A stretch of DNA of 64,000 nucleotides from the NCBI GenBank assembly GCA_976551045.1, contig CDPCPM010000213.1, positions 7,192,001 through 7,256,000 of the forward strand. The letters are read 5' to 3'. The position numbers and the translations under genes were made by a program. Shown here piece by piece: positions 51,210-64,000 of this stretch (positions within the stretch are counted from its first letter, which is position 1; each line of letters begins with the position of its first letter). Origin of the DNA: Glaucostegus cemiculus. Taxonomy: Eukaryota. The notes beneath the pieces were generated by a model. It saw only the letters and a program-made list of their open reading frames with translations, was not told where the DNA came from and searched no databases.

Positions 51210-52480
51210 GATGGCGTAGCAATCATCCCCCTTGAAATTGAACTGAGAGGAACAAAGGCCATTCAGAGCAGGCAAGCTGCCTGATGAGAGAGGAAGGAAT
51301 TCACCGAAGGACATTTCCACTCAGGTTCTGTATACAATAGTTCTCAATTTAACCACCAAAAAAACAATGCTCGAGACATTTTCACTTTCTAGGCCATCCC
51401 CAGGTTACAAACTGGTTGTTATTTTTTTTAAAGAAAACAGAAGTCCATAAATGAATTTGTCTGCAAGTCAGAAAATCCACAAAAATCACTCATTATGGTA
51501 ACCATACCTCCAGTATTGTAATGAATTGCATCATAAGCACACAAGACTGATAAGAAAGGACAATTATTAAAAAAAGGTAGAGGGAGGAAACTTGTTCTGC
51601 CATTTGTAGGAATGAATGCATGTACATACATTAGACTTTTGAACTTAGCTATGGGAGAGTATTCACATGTTTCTGTGTCTGTATGTCAGGTGTTCATAAC
51701 CCAGGGATGTCCTGTACTGGAGGTTGTGACTGAAATCCAACAATTCCTGGAACTCAAGTGTAAATTTAAGGCGGCAAGGACAACATTGCCTGCAGTCGTA
51801 AAGATGATGGTAATTCTGAATCTATGACTTTCTGGTTCATTTCAGGCTGCTTTTAAGATAATGCAATATCCTGCAGTTTGCAGAATACTGGTGCATTAGG
51901 AAAAGCATTCAGCCTCTCTATTCAAAGAGAAGCAGTTACATTACATCACACCTTGACAGAAACAATTAAGTGTTGAGAGTCTAAGAGGCTCCTCAGAACT
52001 TCCCACAATGCTAGCCATCACTATCTGCACTGCCTTGCCTTTGCCTCGTGACAACTCTGCCATGTTCATCAAGTCAAGGAATTTCCACTCCCTCAGCATT
52101 ACGTTTCAGGCAATCATAGGCAGTACACATCCTACACAAATGCTCATTGTTCTGACAATACTCATGATTGCTTTAGCCCCGGTCAGTTTTTGTTTGGGGT
52201 TGCATCTGATGCACCAATAATCGACTGCAGGGCAATAAGGATTATCAACTGATGATGCAGGTCACAGTTCCTCTATGGAATTCATATAAGCAGCAAGCCT
52301 ACAAATGAAAACCATGCAATCCCAGGGAACATTATAAAGCATAACTGTAGTGTGCTCAAGCAATATTTCCACTGTTTAGATAATTCTGGAAGAACTTTGC
52401 AATACTCAGCTGTGTGGATATCAAGGTTCGTGGTAGTGTGCTTCATGGTGTAGAACCTGGCCATTATTAACTTTGCCATC
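51210..52480 (+). pseudogene. Harbinger (HARBI1-like DDE) transposase pseudogene
   Basis: LNLTTKKQCSRHFHF/LEVVTEIQQFL..ARTTLPAVVKMMVILNL*LSGSFQ...PRDNSAMFIKSRNFHSL...NTHDCF...GNKDYQL...NENHAIPGNIIKHNCSVLKQYFHCLDNSGRTLQYSAVWISRFVVVCFMV*NLAI. Follows the HARBI1 motif order (NRKGxHS, GSxHD, GDxGYP, RFRCLDxSxGxLQYS, CCxLHN). Confidence 0.88.
51391..51714. mobile_element. Tc1/mariner (Tigger-like) MITE inside the Harbinger transposase
   Basis: TIRs aggccatccccaggttacaaac (51391-51412) and 51692-51714 (17/22; four of the five mismatches are CpG-decay type). TA at 51390-51391 and 51715-51716. Confidence 0.8.
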
Positions 52481-53900
52481 AGCTATCAGGGAAGAAGCAG
52501 AGACCCAGAAATATGAGAATCAAGTGCAAGAGAATACATAATGTTCACAGGATCTTTCTGCTCAAGAGACAGGTCATGAAAGAATTAAAGGAATGTCAGT
52601 AACCTCAACCATAATGTTCCAGTCACTGAGAGTGACTTTACATTGTCCACTTTTGGATATCAAAAAAAGTGTACTCCAGTAAACTACACAAATCATGACA
52701 ATAAAAAAAAATAAACAAATCAAGCCATTTATAATGTGCAATGGATGGCCAGCTCCATTTGCACAGCTGTGGAACCTACCATGATGGTATCTGATGCCTG
52801 ACTGCTTCCATTCCAGCAATGGTAGCTTCCATTGCAACACAAACTATTTCCATGAAATGTTTGAAAGCTGCAGTAGAAGTCAAACTTCTGCTGTTCTTGC
52901 TTTGGATAATACTATTCAAAGGAGTTCCATGGTATCACAATCGTCAATCAATTTCTCCTCCACAAGGTTTGCAGGTTTACTGAGGTACAGTCACAGGAAA
53001 GTAACACTGGTCACACGAGTTCAAACCTACTTTCTGCCTCCAGAATCCAAGACTTCCTGTTCCCATCCTGAGCACTTACTCAGTGCCTTTCTTGTGGCCT
53101 TTATGCTAACCCTAACTGCTGCATGCCAGGCAGAAACAGTGTAGATGACTGAACTACACAGCTGCTGAAGGCTACCTTTTAAGGCCACCAGCAGTCTGTA
53201 GTTGGAGGTCAGCAGCTTTTCACCACCCATCATGAAGTCTATGGGGCATCTCTTAGGAGCTCTAGAGAAGCACTAGGAGATGAACCAGCACAATGACTCC
53301 CCTCATGCAAGCCTATTGTCTGTCCTAGCCTCTAAAATACATGCAATATTTGTCTGCAAGCTGGTGACCATAAATGTCGGTACTGATGCCAGTTCTCCAG
53401 TTCCTTTTCTCTTATTCCACAGATTAGGCAGTTTACAACTTTATCAAATTACAAGAAAAAGGGACAATGGCTGGACTCTGGCAGTGAGTGAGGAGAAAAG
53501 TGTGTGTTCACACCCTCTGAAGTCTGTCAGGCAGGAAGGTTTGAGGATCATACACAATGGGATGAAAGGAGGTGGACTTGGTTTGCTGATATGCTTGTTC
53601 AATTGCTTCAGCAGCACTTTCAGCAATGGACTCAGCAATGTCCACTGGTCAGAACAATCTCCATGGAAATTAAAACACTCAGGTGCCTTTATTGTGTTCT
53701 TCTACTTTTCTGTTTCTGGCACTAGCACTTCACTTTTTTTCTCCGAGGAACAATCAGGTGATGTGTCTGTCCTAGTATAAATATTATGGTTTACTTACTG
53801 GATGGTGTAAACAGTTGGTAGATGGAGATGCAGAGAATCCAGCAGCAGACTAGGCTAATGCTTCAGTTTGGGAGGATATTCCATTTGAAGATTCCATTCA

Positions 53901-54110
53901 CCTACATTTATTTGAGATAGTTAAACTTCTTCCTGCGCTCCAAAAGTGTTCCTGGACTAACCTTTGTGGCAATGACCTCTAATTCTATTTTGTCCAATGT
54001 CTCCTGAGCATCTGTCTTGAGGCTTTCCAGCCCTCTACAGATAAAGGACATATCACCACCTATCCACATCTTCCATCATGACACCCAATAGTGATTCAAA
54101 ACATTGCTGC
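53901..54110 (-). pseudogene. Harbinger Myb/SANT-like DNA-binding protein pseudogene (first part)
   Basis: LGVMMEDVDRW*YVLYL*RAGKP/SRQMLRRHW/DKIELEVIATKVSPGTLLERRKKFNYLK matches the Harbinger Myb pattern (LExLVxEVxxRRxVL...W..VA..VN...RT..QCRKKFNDL). Confidence 0.8.
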
Positions 54111-54559
54111 AATCAAAGTGTGCACCAATCAGGCAAAACTGGAGAAACCATGAATTTACTGTGGTACCTACAACTTAATGAAAATAGATGTAGGAATAGT
54201 TGTGCTTTCTAATCCTAATGCCTGTATTGGTGAGTTTAAGTAATTTCACAAAAGGCACAATTGAGGATACGGGAGTACATGCTGAGGGACACACAAACTC
54301 AGTGTGGTAATCACAAAGGCTCTGTGGGGAAGAATCTGGGGCCTTGCCACCACTGGACATGGAGGGACTTGTGCAAGTACCTCTCAAACACTTCATGAGT
54401 GCATGATTTAAGAAGGAAACATGAGTGGTGTTGACTCATTGTAACAGAATGTATTGAACTGATGGCACAATGAATGTAGAGAAAGATATTTCCTGGTTGT
54501 ATTTATTGTATATTATTAATAGAATACATTTTTGAAATAAAAATAATTCTCAAATATTG

Positions 54560-54725
54560 AAACAAAAATGCAGATGCCTGAATTCTGAAAAACTAGAAAA
54601 TGCTGGAATCACTCAGCAGGTCAGGCAGCATCTGTGGAAGGAGAAATGGAGTTAGTGTTTCACGTTGAAGGATATTCGCCAGATGCTGTCCAATTTGCTG
54701 TATCTTCAACATTTTCTGTTTGAGA
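54560..54725. mobile_element. Decayed Penelope-terminal-repeat-type palindromic element
   Basis: tgcagatgc...aaaatgctggaatcactcagcaggtcaggcagcatctg...cagatgctg...aacattttctg, with internal inverted symmetry. Confidence 0.65.
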
Positions 54726-54880
54726 ATAATATTTTCCCCCCCAGCTGCTTATCCATCTTTATGAACTTCACCTCTGGATTATAATTTTTATAGGATTACT
54801 CTGGAAATAAGACTGGGATGACCTGTAAATGACAGCCACTCAAAAAATCATTACTTTTATAGGCACAGAGTATGGTTAAA

Positions 54881-55127
54881 TTATTTTTTTTAATTTACAG
54901 CGTAGTAACAGGCCCTTCTGGCCCAACAACTCTGTGCCACCCATTCTAAGCCCCAAATTAACCTATCCATACATCTTTAGAATGTGGGAGGAAACTGGGG
55001 CACCCAGAGGAAACCCATGCAGACACGGGAGAACGTACAAACTCCTTACAGACAGCGACGGGAATCAAACCCCGATTGCTGGCACTGTAATAGCGTCACG
55101 CTAACCACTTTGCTACCTTGCTGCCCC
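54881..55127 (-). mobile_element. V-SINE with the 6038-type head but a CR1-type tail
   Basis: Head and V-domain align to 6038-6200. The tail reads gggccagaagggcctgttactacgctgtaaattaaaaaaaa on the minus strand. Confidence 0.9.
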
Positions 55128-57009
55128 ATGTATTCTTAATTCATTAATGTGGTCTTAATTTCTTGGTCCAATCCAATTACTCAAAGCTCAATTCATTGAC
55201 TAGTATTTGATCTACATCTCATGCATGTGTCTTTTATCCTTCTGCATTTGCCAGTAAAATAGCAAACAGAAGTAGAGTGCACATTTTTGTCACTAAATGT
55301 TTTACTACCTGGACCAAGCTTTTGGTTACCTGCTAAAATAGTGGATAGCACAGATAAAAACATTTATTTCAACAGAAGAGATACTCGCATCACCTAGCAA
55401 TAAAGAGCGAGCATATCCTTTAGTTCTGGTCATAAAGTCAAAGGTCTCCCAACATCTGACAAAAGAACATAGCTTAGATAATAATGACCATCTCCAACAG
55501 GAGATATCATGGATAAAACTAAGTAGCATCTAATTGTGTTCCAGATGACAAGCAGGGCCAGGTTTGCCACATTCATGAAAAGGAAGATTCAACATTAAAA
55601 CAGATTATATCACAAGGTTACCAGCAGCAGCAACAGTTTCTATGAATAGGTTTTTTGGAGCTGATTGATGTGCCGGTGGAACCATTCACCAAAAAACATC
55701 TAGAATAAATGCAAGTTGAAGAAAATTTCCCAATCAATGGGAGATTCAATTCCCCATTGTATACAATGACAAGAAATCACTTTGCCTTTACTACAGAGTC
55801 ATTTTCTGAGAATAAGGTGGATAATTTGAAGAATCATCTTCAGCACGTACACTGAAATTTAGAACACCTCAAATTGGTTTATGCTTGCAATTTCTGCCCG
55901 AATACTACTCAGATTCACAAGCATTTCTTGGTGATTTTTCTTGTTTACTTGTACAACTTTTGCCTGTGAGTAAATTGCTGGGATTCTAGTGCAGTAAAAT
56001 ATGGCAAAGAACTGGATAAAAGCTTGCCTGTGATCATGTGTACTTTGCCAGCAAACAAACCAGATCTCAATTCATTGATAGTGGATAAAACTCAAGGGCT
56101 GCAGTTGAGTCATGGAACAGTTTTTCTCCATTTTGTTACTTCAATTTCACTACACTGAATCTCAGCAAAAGATAAGAGCTTAAAAGACAATTTTGAGTCT
56201 TCAAATGTAATTGATGAATCCTGTAACATTTGCAACATTCCTCCATTTGTATTCTGAGCAACATCTGATTTAAAAACACTTCTGTCATTTACAACATTTA
56301 GCCTCATAGGCAATTCTGACAATAGAGAATGCTAAACTGACTTGAGCAAACCAATTTCGACTTTAGTTATGATAAGTGGTACATATAAGCAAGGTTTAAT
56401 CATAATGCTTCAGTAAGAATATCAAAGTGATATCAGAAATATATTCCAGTCACTAGTACCTTCTTTCACATTATAGTTTAGAGAAAGTCTGCAATCAGAT
56501 GTCAGCTGATTGGTTGAAAGTTGCAATAGGAATTGTTATGAACATTGTTTAACCCAGATCAGTGTGCCAAACTTTTGTCTGTTTATCAAGCAATTGAACC
56601 AGATATCCCCTTTTCATATAATTGTGCACTACATAAATGCATATCTGCTGATAAGGTTGGTACTGTTTGCTAAATTGCTGTAACAATTTGGAGAGGGTAA
56701 ATGAGAATTTCTTAGAAATTAAAAGCTTTCTGAAGATCGATCATTTCTCTTCCATATGTCCAACACCTGAATGAACTACAAGTGAATCTGTGGCGAAATG
56801 GAAAGATCACCACAGGATGGAATTTCAGGTAAAGTTGGAATTGTCCTTGTAACAGATGGAAGAACAAGACTGCTCCCAGTATAGACAGTGCTGGAAGCTA
56901 AGCACAAGTTTGAGAGCAATCTACGTTTCAAAATGTGCCTGAAAAAATTAAAGGGGTTCGCTGATTTTTGACTGGCCAAAGCCTGGAGTTAGACCTTCAG
57001 ATACCCGAG

Positions 57010-57490
57010 TACTCAGTTGAGAGCACTCTTCCCCTCAGAGCCAGAAGACTCTGGGGTCAAGGCCAACTCCATACATTTGTGCACAAAAGTCCTCAATTTC
57101 CTCTGTGTCAATCCGTTACTCACTCACCAGAGTTTCCTTACGTATATTTTTCAAGTGAGAACTTGCTTGGAGAATTTGTTCCCTATACTCTTTGGGGAGG
57201 TCTTGCAAGGACTCCTGGCCATAACTGATCATATTGCAAGGCCAGAAAAGGATAAGTTCACAGAAATACAGAACACAACTGATAGCTGTCTTAGTCATGA
57301 CCCCAGCTGATGAAAAGCTTTGAATACTTATGACATTCAAAAACAATCAAAATTAATAACACTTTATTAATCTTAGAATGAAAAACTAAATGCAATTAAG
57401 AACATTTAACAAAGACTACACTTCAAAAGGTACCTTGTTAACTGTAAAGCATTCTGGAGCACCCTGAAATTATGAAAGCTACTCTGAATG
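57010..57490 (+). mobile_element. Deu-SINE head (57010-57092) and tail (57405-57490) separated by unrelated sequence
   Basis: ctcagttgagagcactct...cagaag...gtgcacaaaa head; gactacacttcaaaag...ctgtaaagca...tgaaag tail. Confidence 0.55.
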
Positions 57491-58899
57491 TTACTCAGTT
57501 ATTGAATTACTGCTGGACCATTTTCTTCACCTTGGTACATACAAAACTGATGCATACTAGGCATTTATCCATGTTCTTTGATATCTCTATATTGTTGTAT
57601 ACAAAACCCAAATATAGTATTGTAAGAAGATTCTTCTGATATTTTTGTACACTTAAGACACCTGAAGATTATTTTTAGAATGCTACATGTGGGCTTTCTT
57701 TGCTGTCTTACTCAAGGACCACAAACTAACGGAGACAGAACTTGATGTTTATAGTTGAGTAGGAAATGGGTTGGATACCTTTTAATGAAAAGCTGAACAT
57801 TAAAATTTGATAAGCAATACAGCTGCAGGTCAGAATGTTGGTTTTGAAATCCAGTTAATTGCAAACACGATTGAAGCTTCAACATCTCACAGAAGCTTTA
57901 AAATCCACAAAGCCACATTTCTGCAGAGGGCTGCATGCCCATTAGAGATTAAAATGGAACAATTAGCACCACCTAATTGGACCAGTGCCTGAAAGTTAGT
58001 TAAATAGACATCATTTCTCAATAACAAGGCCAAACCCCAGACCAAGATCTCATTTCATTGGTCAGACCACAATGTTAAGAAATGAATCAAATCAATCAAG
58101 TCAATATTCTGACTATACAAACTAGATCACTATTTCATTACCATTATATTGCAGATGTTCTACTCAGAAACAGAGGTAATGTAACATCAGTGATGAGTGA
58201 GGTATTGTCACACTAATGATATCTCCCACCTAGACTCTGCTTGTGGTTCACAAATCTGCAGCAACTGAAGTAACTGATATTCTGAAAGAATTATCTTGAT
58301 CAACTGAGACAGTGAGCAGAATTAGATTTAACAAGTTAGTTTATTTAACAAATGAATAACATGCAGTGCATATTTTAAAAAGGATTCTTAGTGATATCTA
58401 ACCAGAACATTGACAATTTTCCTTTGGAATTTAAAAAATGCATCCTTTAAATTTCATCACATCTCTCCTACAGTGCATAATTAAATAAACACTGTGCTCT
58501 TCCAAAGTGCTCTTCCATTAACTTCCAAAGACAGGAATCCATTTATTTCTAACACAAATTTAACTGCCTCACCCATGAAGCAACGGGATGCATCAGAACA
58601 ATAATGACTAGAAAATTACTCTCAGCATCTGTACATTGATATATCAGAGTTGTCAAAACAATATTTCTCTCCTCCCCCCACGCTACCCACCCCCCGTCCC
58701 CCCCGGAATGTCTCAGGAAAGTCACTTGAAAGGGAAGCCCAAGCAGGACATTGAAAGAACTTGCAGAGATTTATTGGACATTTCAGATCACTTTAAAAAT
58801 CAGTGTGCCACAGTGAGGTCAAACTGAAACAAGCACAAGGCAAAAATGTCAGTTTTATTTTTTCACTTCCTTATACAGTGAAGAAAAGAACAGAAATTC

Positions 58900-59350
58900 A
58901 CAATTACCCTCTGCTCTTAACATAGTGAAACACTCCAAGGCATCTCAAAAAACACAATACCAAGCAAAAATGATACCAAGTACACAGGGATGTTAGACCA
59001 GATGACCAAAAGCTTAGTCCAAGTAGAAGGTTTAAAGGAGCATAGGAGGAAGATGGCAAGGCTTCAACTAAAGACTTGGTGGCATAAAATGGACCATTAG
59101 AACTGGGATTTTGCTACAAGGAACAGTTGAAAGAGCAGTGATCTCGAAGGCTTGTATGATGCAGGTAGGTATCAAAACAGCAAAGCCAGAAAGAATTTCC
59201 AAAACAAACTGTTACTGAACTGGTAACCAAAGTAGATTAACAAGCAAAGGGTGATAAGTGACTGGTACTTGGTGTAGATTAGGATATGGACAGCAACATT
59301 TTGGGGCAATTCAAGTTTATGGATGGTGCCAGATGAAATAACAGCTAAGG
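58900..59350 (-). mobile_element. L2 LINE 3' fragment
   Basis: HKLELPQNVAVHILIYTKYQSLITL resembles L2 LQLIQNxAARILTxTxxxxHITP, followed by an L2-like tail. Confidence 0.65.
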
Positions 59351-61374
59351 AAACAAAATAATTATGCCCAGGACTATCATGGGCACAGACACAGGTTCCA
59401 TCAGCCAACAAGATGAAGCAGGAAGGAAATTCTAGAGGATGGCAGCCATGATGATTTACAGTTAGAAGCTTAATTTTGAATCAAATATGATGCCAGGGTT
59501 GTCAATGGTCCACAAGGTTAACCAACTACAATTAAGTACATCATTCACTGCTAAGTATATTTGGACATGGCGAGATCATGAAATGAGTTTCATTTATTGA
59601 CATTTTGCATTGATGTACACAAAGAAATAACAGCATCAATGCAAAAACAGATTCCCCAGTGAAATATACCGGCCCAAGTATATCTGTGCATAATGTACAG
59701 ATTAGGAAAGAAAATATTATACCAAGGTTTTGGCCACGTACTTGAAAAAGGAAAATTTGGAATAGTTCATTTTTAAAAATTTGCAACTGTTTAGATTAAT
59801 ATTTACAATAGTTACTAAATTTGAAATTTTGGGGAATTATACATTGAACTAGGCTCTTAGCTATTTTAATTAAAAGTTATTTCCCATTAAGGAATCTATA
59901 ACATCTTACATGGGTGCTTTGCTCCATTTTCCACTTATTAGAACAGGTTTGTAATAAACCCATGGGATATGCAGGGTTATAGCTTCATTGATTAATAATG
60001 TATTTCGAGAAAACACTTTATAATTCAGTGTCAAAGGTCATCGAACCTGTTCAGACTTGGACACAAGAGCATTCTTATGTTTAAATTTGATCTGCTATTA
60101 TGATACATCAAGAGTGTGAATTAGTTATTAATCAATACTAAGACTTAGCCAATCAAATGACAACATATTTGTAAGATTTAATAAATGCTTCATGTTTCAC
60201 ATTGAACAAAATGGTGAATTATCAAGATTCATGCATTGTGCAACTTGAGCACAATTTTTACATAATCTGATAAAACAATCAAGCCTTTAAGAATCAATGA
60301 CTATAATTATTTTTGTTATGCTTCATCTAATTGACATATTTTTTCATTAATCAGTAATAAAAATTAATCACAAAAATTGGATTCCATTGACGAAATATCC
60401 TCACAATTCACCCCATTGATTGCAGCCCACAGAACTTTTAGGAGCTTTTTAAGTGGCAGATAACAGTTCTTTGGCTCTTATGTGGTGTGGTACCTTCTAA
60501 AGGGGATCCACATTGCAAGCTCCCTCATTGAGCCCTTCAAAGCCTCAACCAGGAAGGACAATTCTTTAGTGCTGGAGACAAGTCTCCTTCATTTCATCTC
60601 CCATTATTTTGTTGCCCATGAACTCTCCAACACTAAAGAAATAGCACTATACATACATAAAAATACATCTTCAATGCCAGAGGTTTTTGACTGTAATCAT
60701 GACTTATCATGCTACTGAAATTTTACTTGCACCTCCAACTTTCCCTGCCTTGCTTACTGATTAACCAAAGGATAAATACAGTAACTTTTGACAGAGTCCT
60801 AGACATGAAATATTAATAGATCCTCTTTCCACAGATACTGAGTGTTTCCAACATCTCCCCTCTTTACTTCAAGGTAACTTTTTATCCTGGTGTAGATTTT
60901 AGACCAGAGACCACTGGGGAGGTGCCTGTGCATGAAAATCTACCAAGCAGTGGAGTGAATGACCAGCCACTTCCAAGTTTCCATGTGGAACTGAACAAAG
61001 ATGCCCAAAGTTGCATTTTCTGACTTAGGCTTTCTATCAGAACTTATTTGCAAATAGGAAGTATCTATTGGCAGTCCCAGACAAATATAAACAGAAACTA
61101 CATCCTTGTGCATATCATAATAATTTCCCCTTATCTAAGGAATATCAAACCAGCAAATACATGGGATGGAGGTTGTACTATCATCTTAAAAAGCACAATT
61201 TGAAAGTATAGCTTTTTAAAAAAGTGTTTCTTAAAATTTTATTTTTCAACACAGAGATCACATCTTGGACTTGGTTTTATTCCTTCCCAACAAAAATCAG
61301 CTGAAAGGCCCATTGCCTGACTCACCATTAACCCCACTGTGAGAGCTAGGGTCCCGATGCTCAATTCATTGCCA

Positions 61375-61480
61375 GCCCCACAGTCATAGGGAGAACATAC
61401 AAACTCCACATAAAGAGCACCAGAGGTCAGGATTGAACCTGGTCACTGGAGCTGCAAGGCTTCAGCTCGACTTACTATTT
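61375..61480 (-). mobile_element. HE1-like SINE 5' portion
   Basis: cacagtcatagggagaacatacaaactccaca...gaggtcaggattgaacct..gtcactggagctg. Confidence 0.7.
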
Positions 61481-61984
61481 AATATGCCAGATGGTTTTTA
61501 AAAACTTCTAAAGCTGGCATCTAAATTGTATTGTTGGCAGTTTGCCACCTGCTAGCAAATTTAGACTCCCAGTTTACTTTCATTTGCAGTAATGCCACCA
61601 TCTCTAACTATATTAAGTAATTTTAGATACATTTCCCAGATTCCAGTTTTCCCATTATCTTCACAGATATATTGTTTTACTTTGATGTTCTTCGTTTAGT
61701 TATGTTTCAGTTTCCTACTTACCCCACTTCTATTGCTGCAAACAATGCTAATTAATGGAACAGAATATCATCAGTTCTCTGTAGTCATCAAGATGGTCAT
61801 TGAATTAATTTCCATTCAAAAATATAACTATGTATTTTTAATTTAGTTACAATAAGTTATCTGAAAAAGGAGTTATTAACAGAGTCCAGTCACCTATCCT
61901 TGACATGCAATAGCATTAGAATCAGGGTCCCTCACCATCAATGCATCTCCAGTGTACATCACATTTCAGCAGAGGTGCAATTGG

Positions 61985-62200
61985 AGAAGCAGCATAAATA
62001 TTGTGGTTGCAGGAGTAGGTCAGAGGCTGGTTTGTAGCTGTTGCAAGTTAATCATCACAACCACAGGACGTCACTACAGGAGTTCCTCAGGACAGTGTCC
62101 TATACTTTTCAATGACCTTTCTTCCATCATGGGGTCAAAAGTGATAATGCTCACTGATGATCACACAATGTTTAATTACATTCATAACTCCTCTGAAAGT
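61985..62200 (+). mobile_element. CR1-group RT relic
   Basis: QDVTTGVPQDSVL/FNDLSSIMGSKVIMLTDDHTMF corresponds to GVPQGSVL..FINDL...MFADD. Confidence 0.65.
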
Positions 62201-63624
62201 AACTTCCTCAACTCTTAAGCAGAGCCAAATAGATTGCATTCTTAGCAGGTGATGACTTTTGAACTGCAAGAGGGCAGCAGGATATCCAGCAGCTTTGTAC
62301 TTGGCCTTACCACGTTTAAAGTTGCTTGCTATCACTGAATCAAGATAGTCAAAGACAAACTTACTTCAAGGGAATGATGAAACCTTTACCAGAGTTTGAA
62401 TAAAGCAAAGTATGTTACAGCATTTTGCTACATAACAAGGAGTAAGGTTTTGAATGGGACCAAAAGAACAAATTCCAAATATGTTGAGTTTTAAGTCATC
62501 AAAAAGATTTTTTGCACTAATAACAATGTTTGGTTTTATGGAAATGCTATATTGGACAGATTTTCTGGAATTCCCAAATAAAATAAAAACAGTAATTTCG
62601 ATTATATGTTCTAGATCAGGAATAGGAAGTCACTCCACTAACAGGGAAGTTTGCCAATAGGTTTTTGAATGGGATTAAGTTAATTAAATATCTGGATATA
62701 ATTCTCAAAAAGACTCAATTTTGATTCTGAAGTTAAAAATCAGGAATGGTGTGGTCAAGTACAATTATTCTCTTTCTTGGAAGAGAGCATGTTCTTCTCC
62801 ATGAACATTAAGAGAACTACATTTGACAATCTGACCACTGCTTGAGACAAGAAACAAGCTTGGACCTGCAGACTTTGTTCTTTTGAAGATCAGCTGAAAG
62901 ACAAAGGTTGGCTTGCATGGGTTGACATGTGGAGTGATGCTGGACCACCAGTCAGCGAGGCAACAAGCTGTGGAAACGTATGGTAATTTTGTACTTAAGA
63001 ACTGGTCTCAGATATGTCGTCACTTGACAATAGTATCACACAAAATGTGGCTCAGGATAAAGGTAACTGTTTAAATCATCAAGGCTCTGATACAAACACC
63101 TTACTGAAGCTTAGTTTGAAACAATGTTAGTCAAAAACATGTAAAAAAATCAAATTTGGGAGTCAAAAAAAGAGACTGTTTAAGGCAAAGGAAGGTAATA
63201 CTTTGCAATACTCACCAATGGAGTAGAAATATTTAAAGAGATATTTTATGTTCAGTTTTGCTAATGAGGTTTGGTCTGCCTATTATAACATGCTATTGAG
63301 ATACTAAGTTAGTGATCATGCAATTCAAGCAGGGCAAAGTCCCTATTGCACAATGGATGGAACTAATTTTTAAAATTATGATTCAGAACCATGGAATAGT
63401 GCTGTAAAGCAAATACAACATATTAACTCTGTATTAAAATGGTGTAAGGTCAAGAAGAAAATCATGATGGTCAGTTAAGTTAAAAATAAATGCTGACTGC
63501 ATAGAATGTTGCTTTGGCTAAGCAGCACCTCAGAATGGGGAGCTGGGACCCACTGGAAAATTAGCCAAGCTGACCTTAGACTAGCGTAAAGGAGATAAAA
63601 AGACTGCATTTGCTAGAACCTGGA

Positions 63625-63717
63625 TCCCGAAGTAGGGTCTCAACCTGAAATACTGACAGTTCCGTTCCCCCTACAGATGCTGCTTGACCCACTGAGTTCC
63701 TCCAGCAGTTTGTTTTT
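63625..63717 (+). mobile_element. Penelope-terminal-repeat-type fragment
   Basis: agggtctcaacctgaaa...cagatgctgcttgacccactgagttcctccagcag; same family as 3637 and 11637. Confidence 0.7.
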
Positions 63718-64000
63718 AGACTAGTGTTAAATCCAAATCCACAAAACTAGCTGGGCTTGACATTCAGTCTGAGCTCACAGGTAGAGATACTACTGACCAC
63801 AAAGGCCCATGGAAAGAAACAATATTGAAGGGCAGACTGAATTGTGCCTAGATTTCCTGTCACTCCCTTGTTTGGAGGGTTGCATTCAAAGCTTCCCCCA
63901 AACTCAAAGACATTATCCTTTGAGGTGACTAGTAGTGGTCCTCCCACCTCACCATCAATTGGCTAAATGGTGACAAGATTCTGGAAGGTCACACTGGAGA

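Larger units (their letters stand above)
51000..54200. mobile_element. Near-complete autonomous-type PIF/Harbinger fossil (two convergent genes)
   Basis: Transposase relic on + (51210-52480) and Myb/SANT relic on - (54110-53901). Termini are approximate; no TIRs recognised. Confidence 0.8.

Noticed and set aside
53280-53780. 166-aa + strand ORF
   Set aside because: Lies inside the Harbinger fossil, antisense to the Myb gene, with no recognisable domain.
56831-56884. VWA-like peptide KVGIVLVTDGRT
   Set aside because: In-frame TAG at 56882-56884, no other VWA motifs and no exon boundaries.
1-64000. Host exons, tRNA/rRNA genes, CRISPR arrays or prokaryotic systems
   Set aside because: No chain of ORF-bearing exons with consistent splice sites, tRNA-like boxes occur only as SINE heads, and there is no regularly spaced repeat-spacer array. 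Very short or non-coding exons cannot be excluded by eye.

Overview
This is AT-rich (roughly 39% GC by eye), CpG-poor vertebrate DNA. Its repeat families point to a cartilaginous fish, probably a ray-like elasmobranch (an inference): tRNA-head V-SINEs of HE1 type, Deu-domain SINEs, CR1/HER1 LINEs and Penelope-type palindromes. I find no supportable host exon, RNA gene or CRISPR array, so the window reads as intergenic or deep-intronic sequence made of layered transposon fossils. The main elements are: a young 5'-truncated Rex1/Babar LINE with one nonsense codon inside an old CR1; a two-gene PIF/Harbinger fossil (transposase plus convergent Myb/SANT gene) interrupted by a Tigger-type MITE; a second Harbinger relic splitting a Deu-SINE; a Vingi/Ingi-clade LINE broken by two SINEs; a Penelope GIY-YIG relic; a Tx1/L1 3' end inside a CR1 tail; and a probable Nimb ORF1 relic. 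There are also many SINE, CR1 and L2 fragments, several local duplications and a few repeat-free stretches that may be enhancers. No convincing novel biological system is evident. Family assignments come from manual translation and recalled consensus motifs, not database searches, and boundaries of old elements are approximate.
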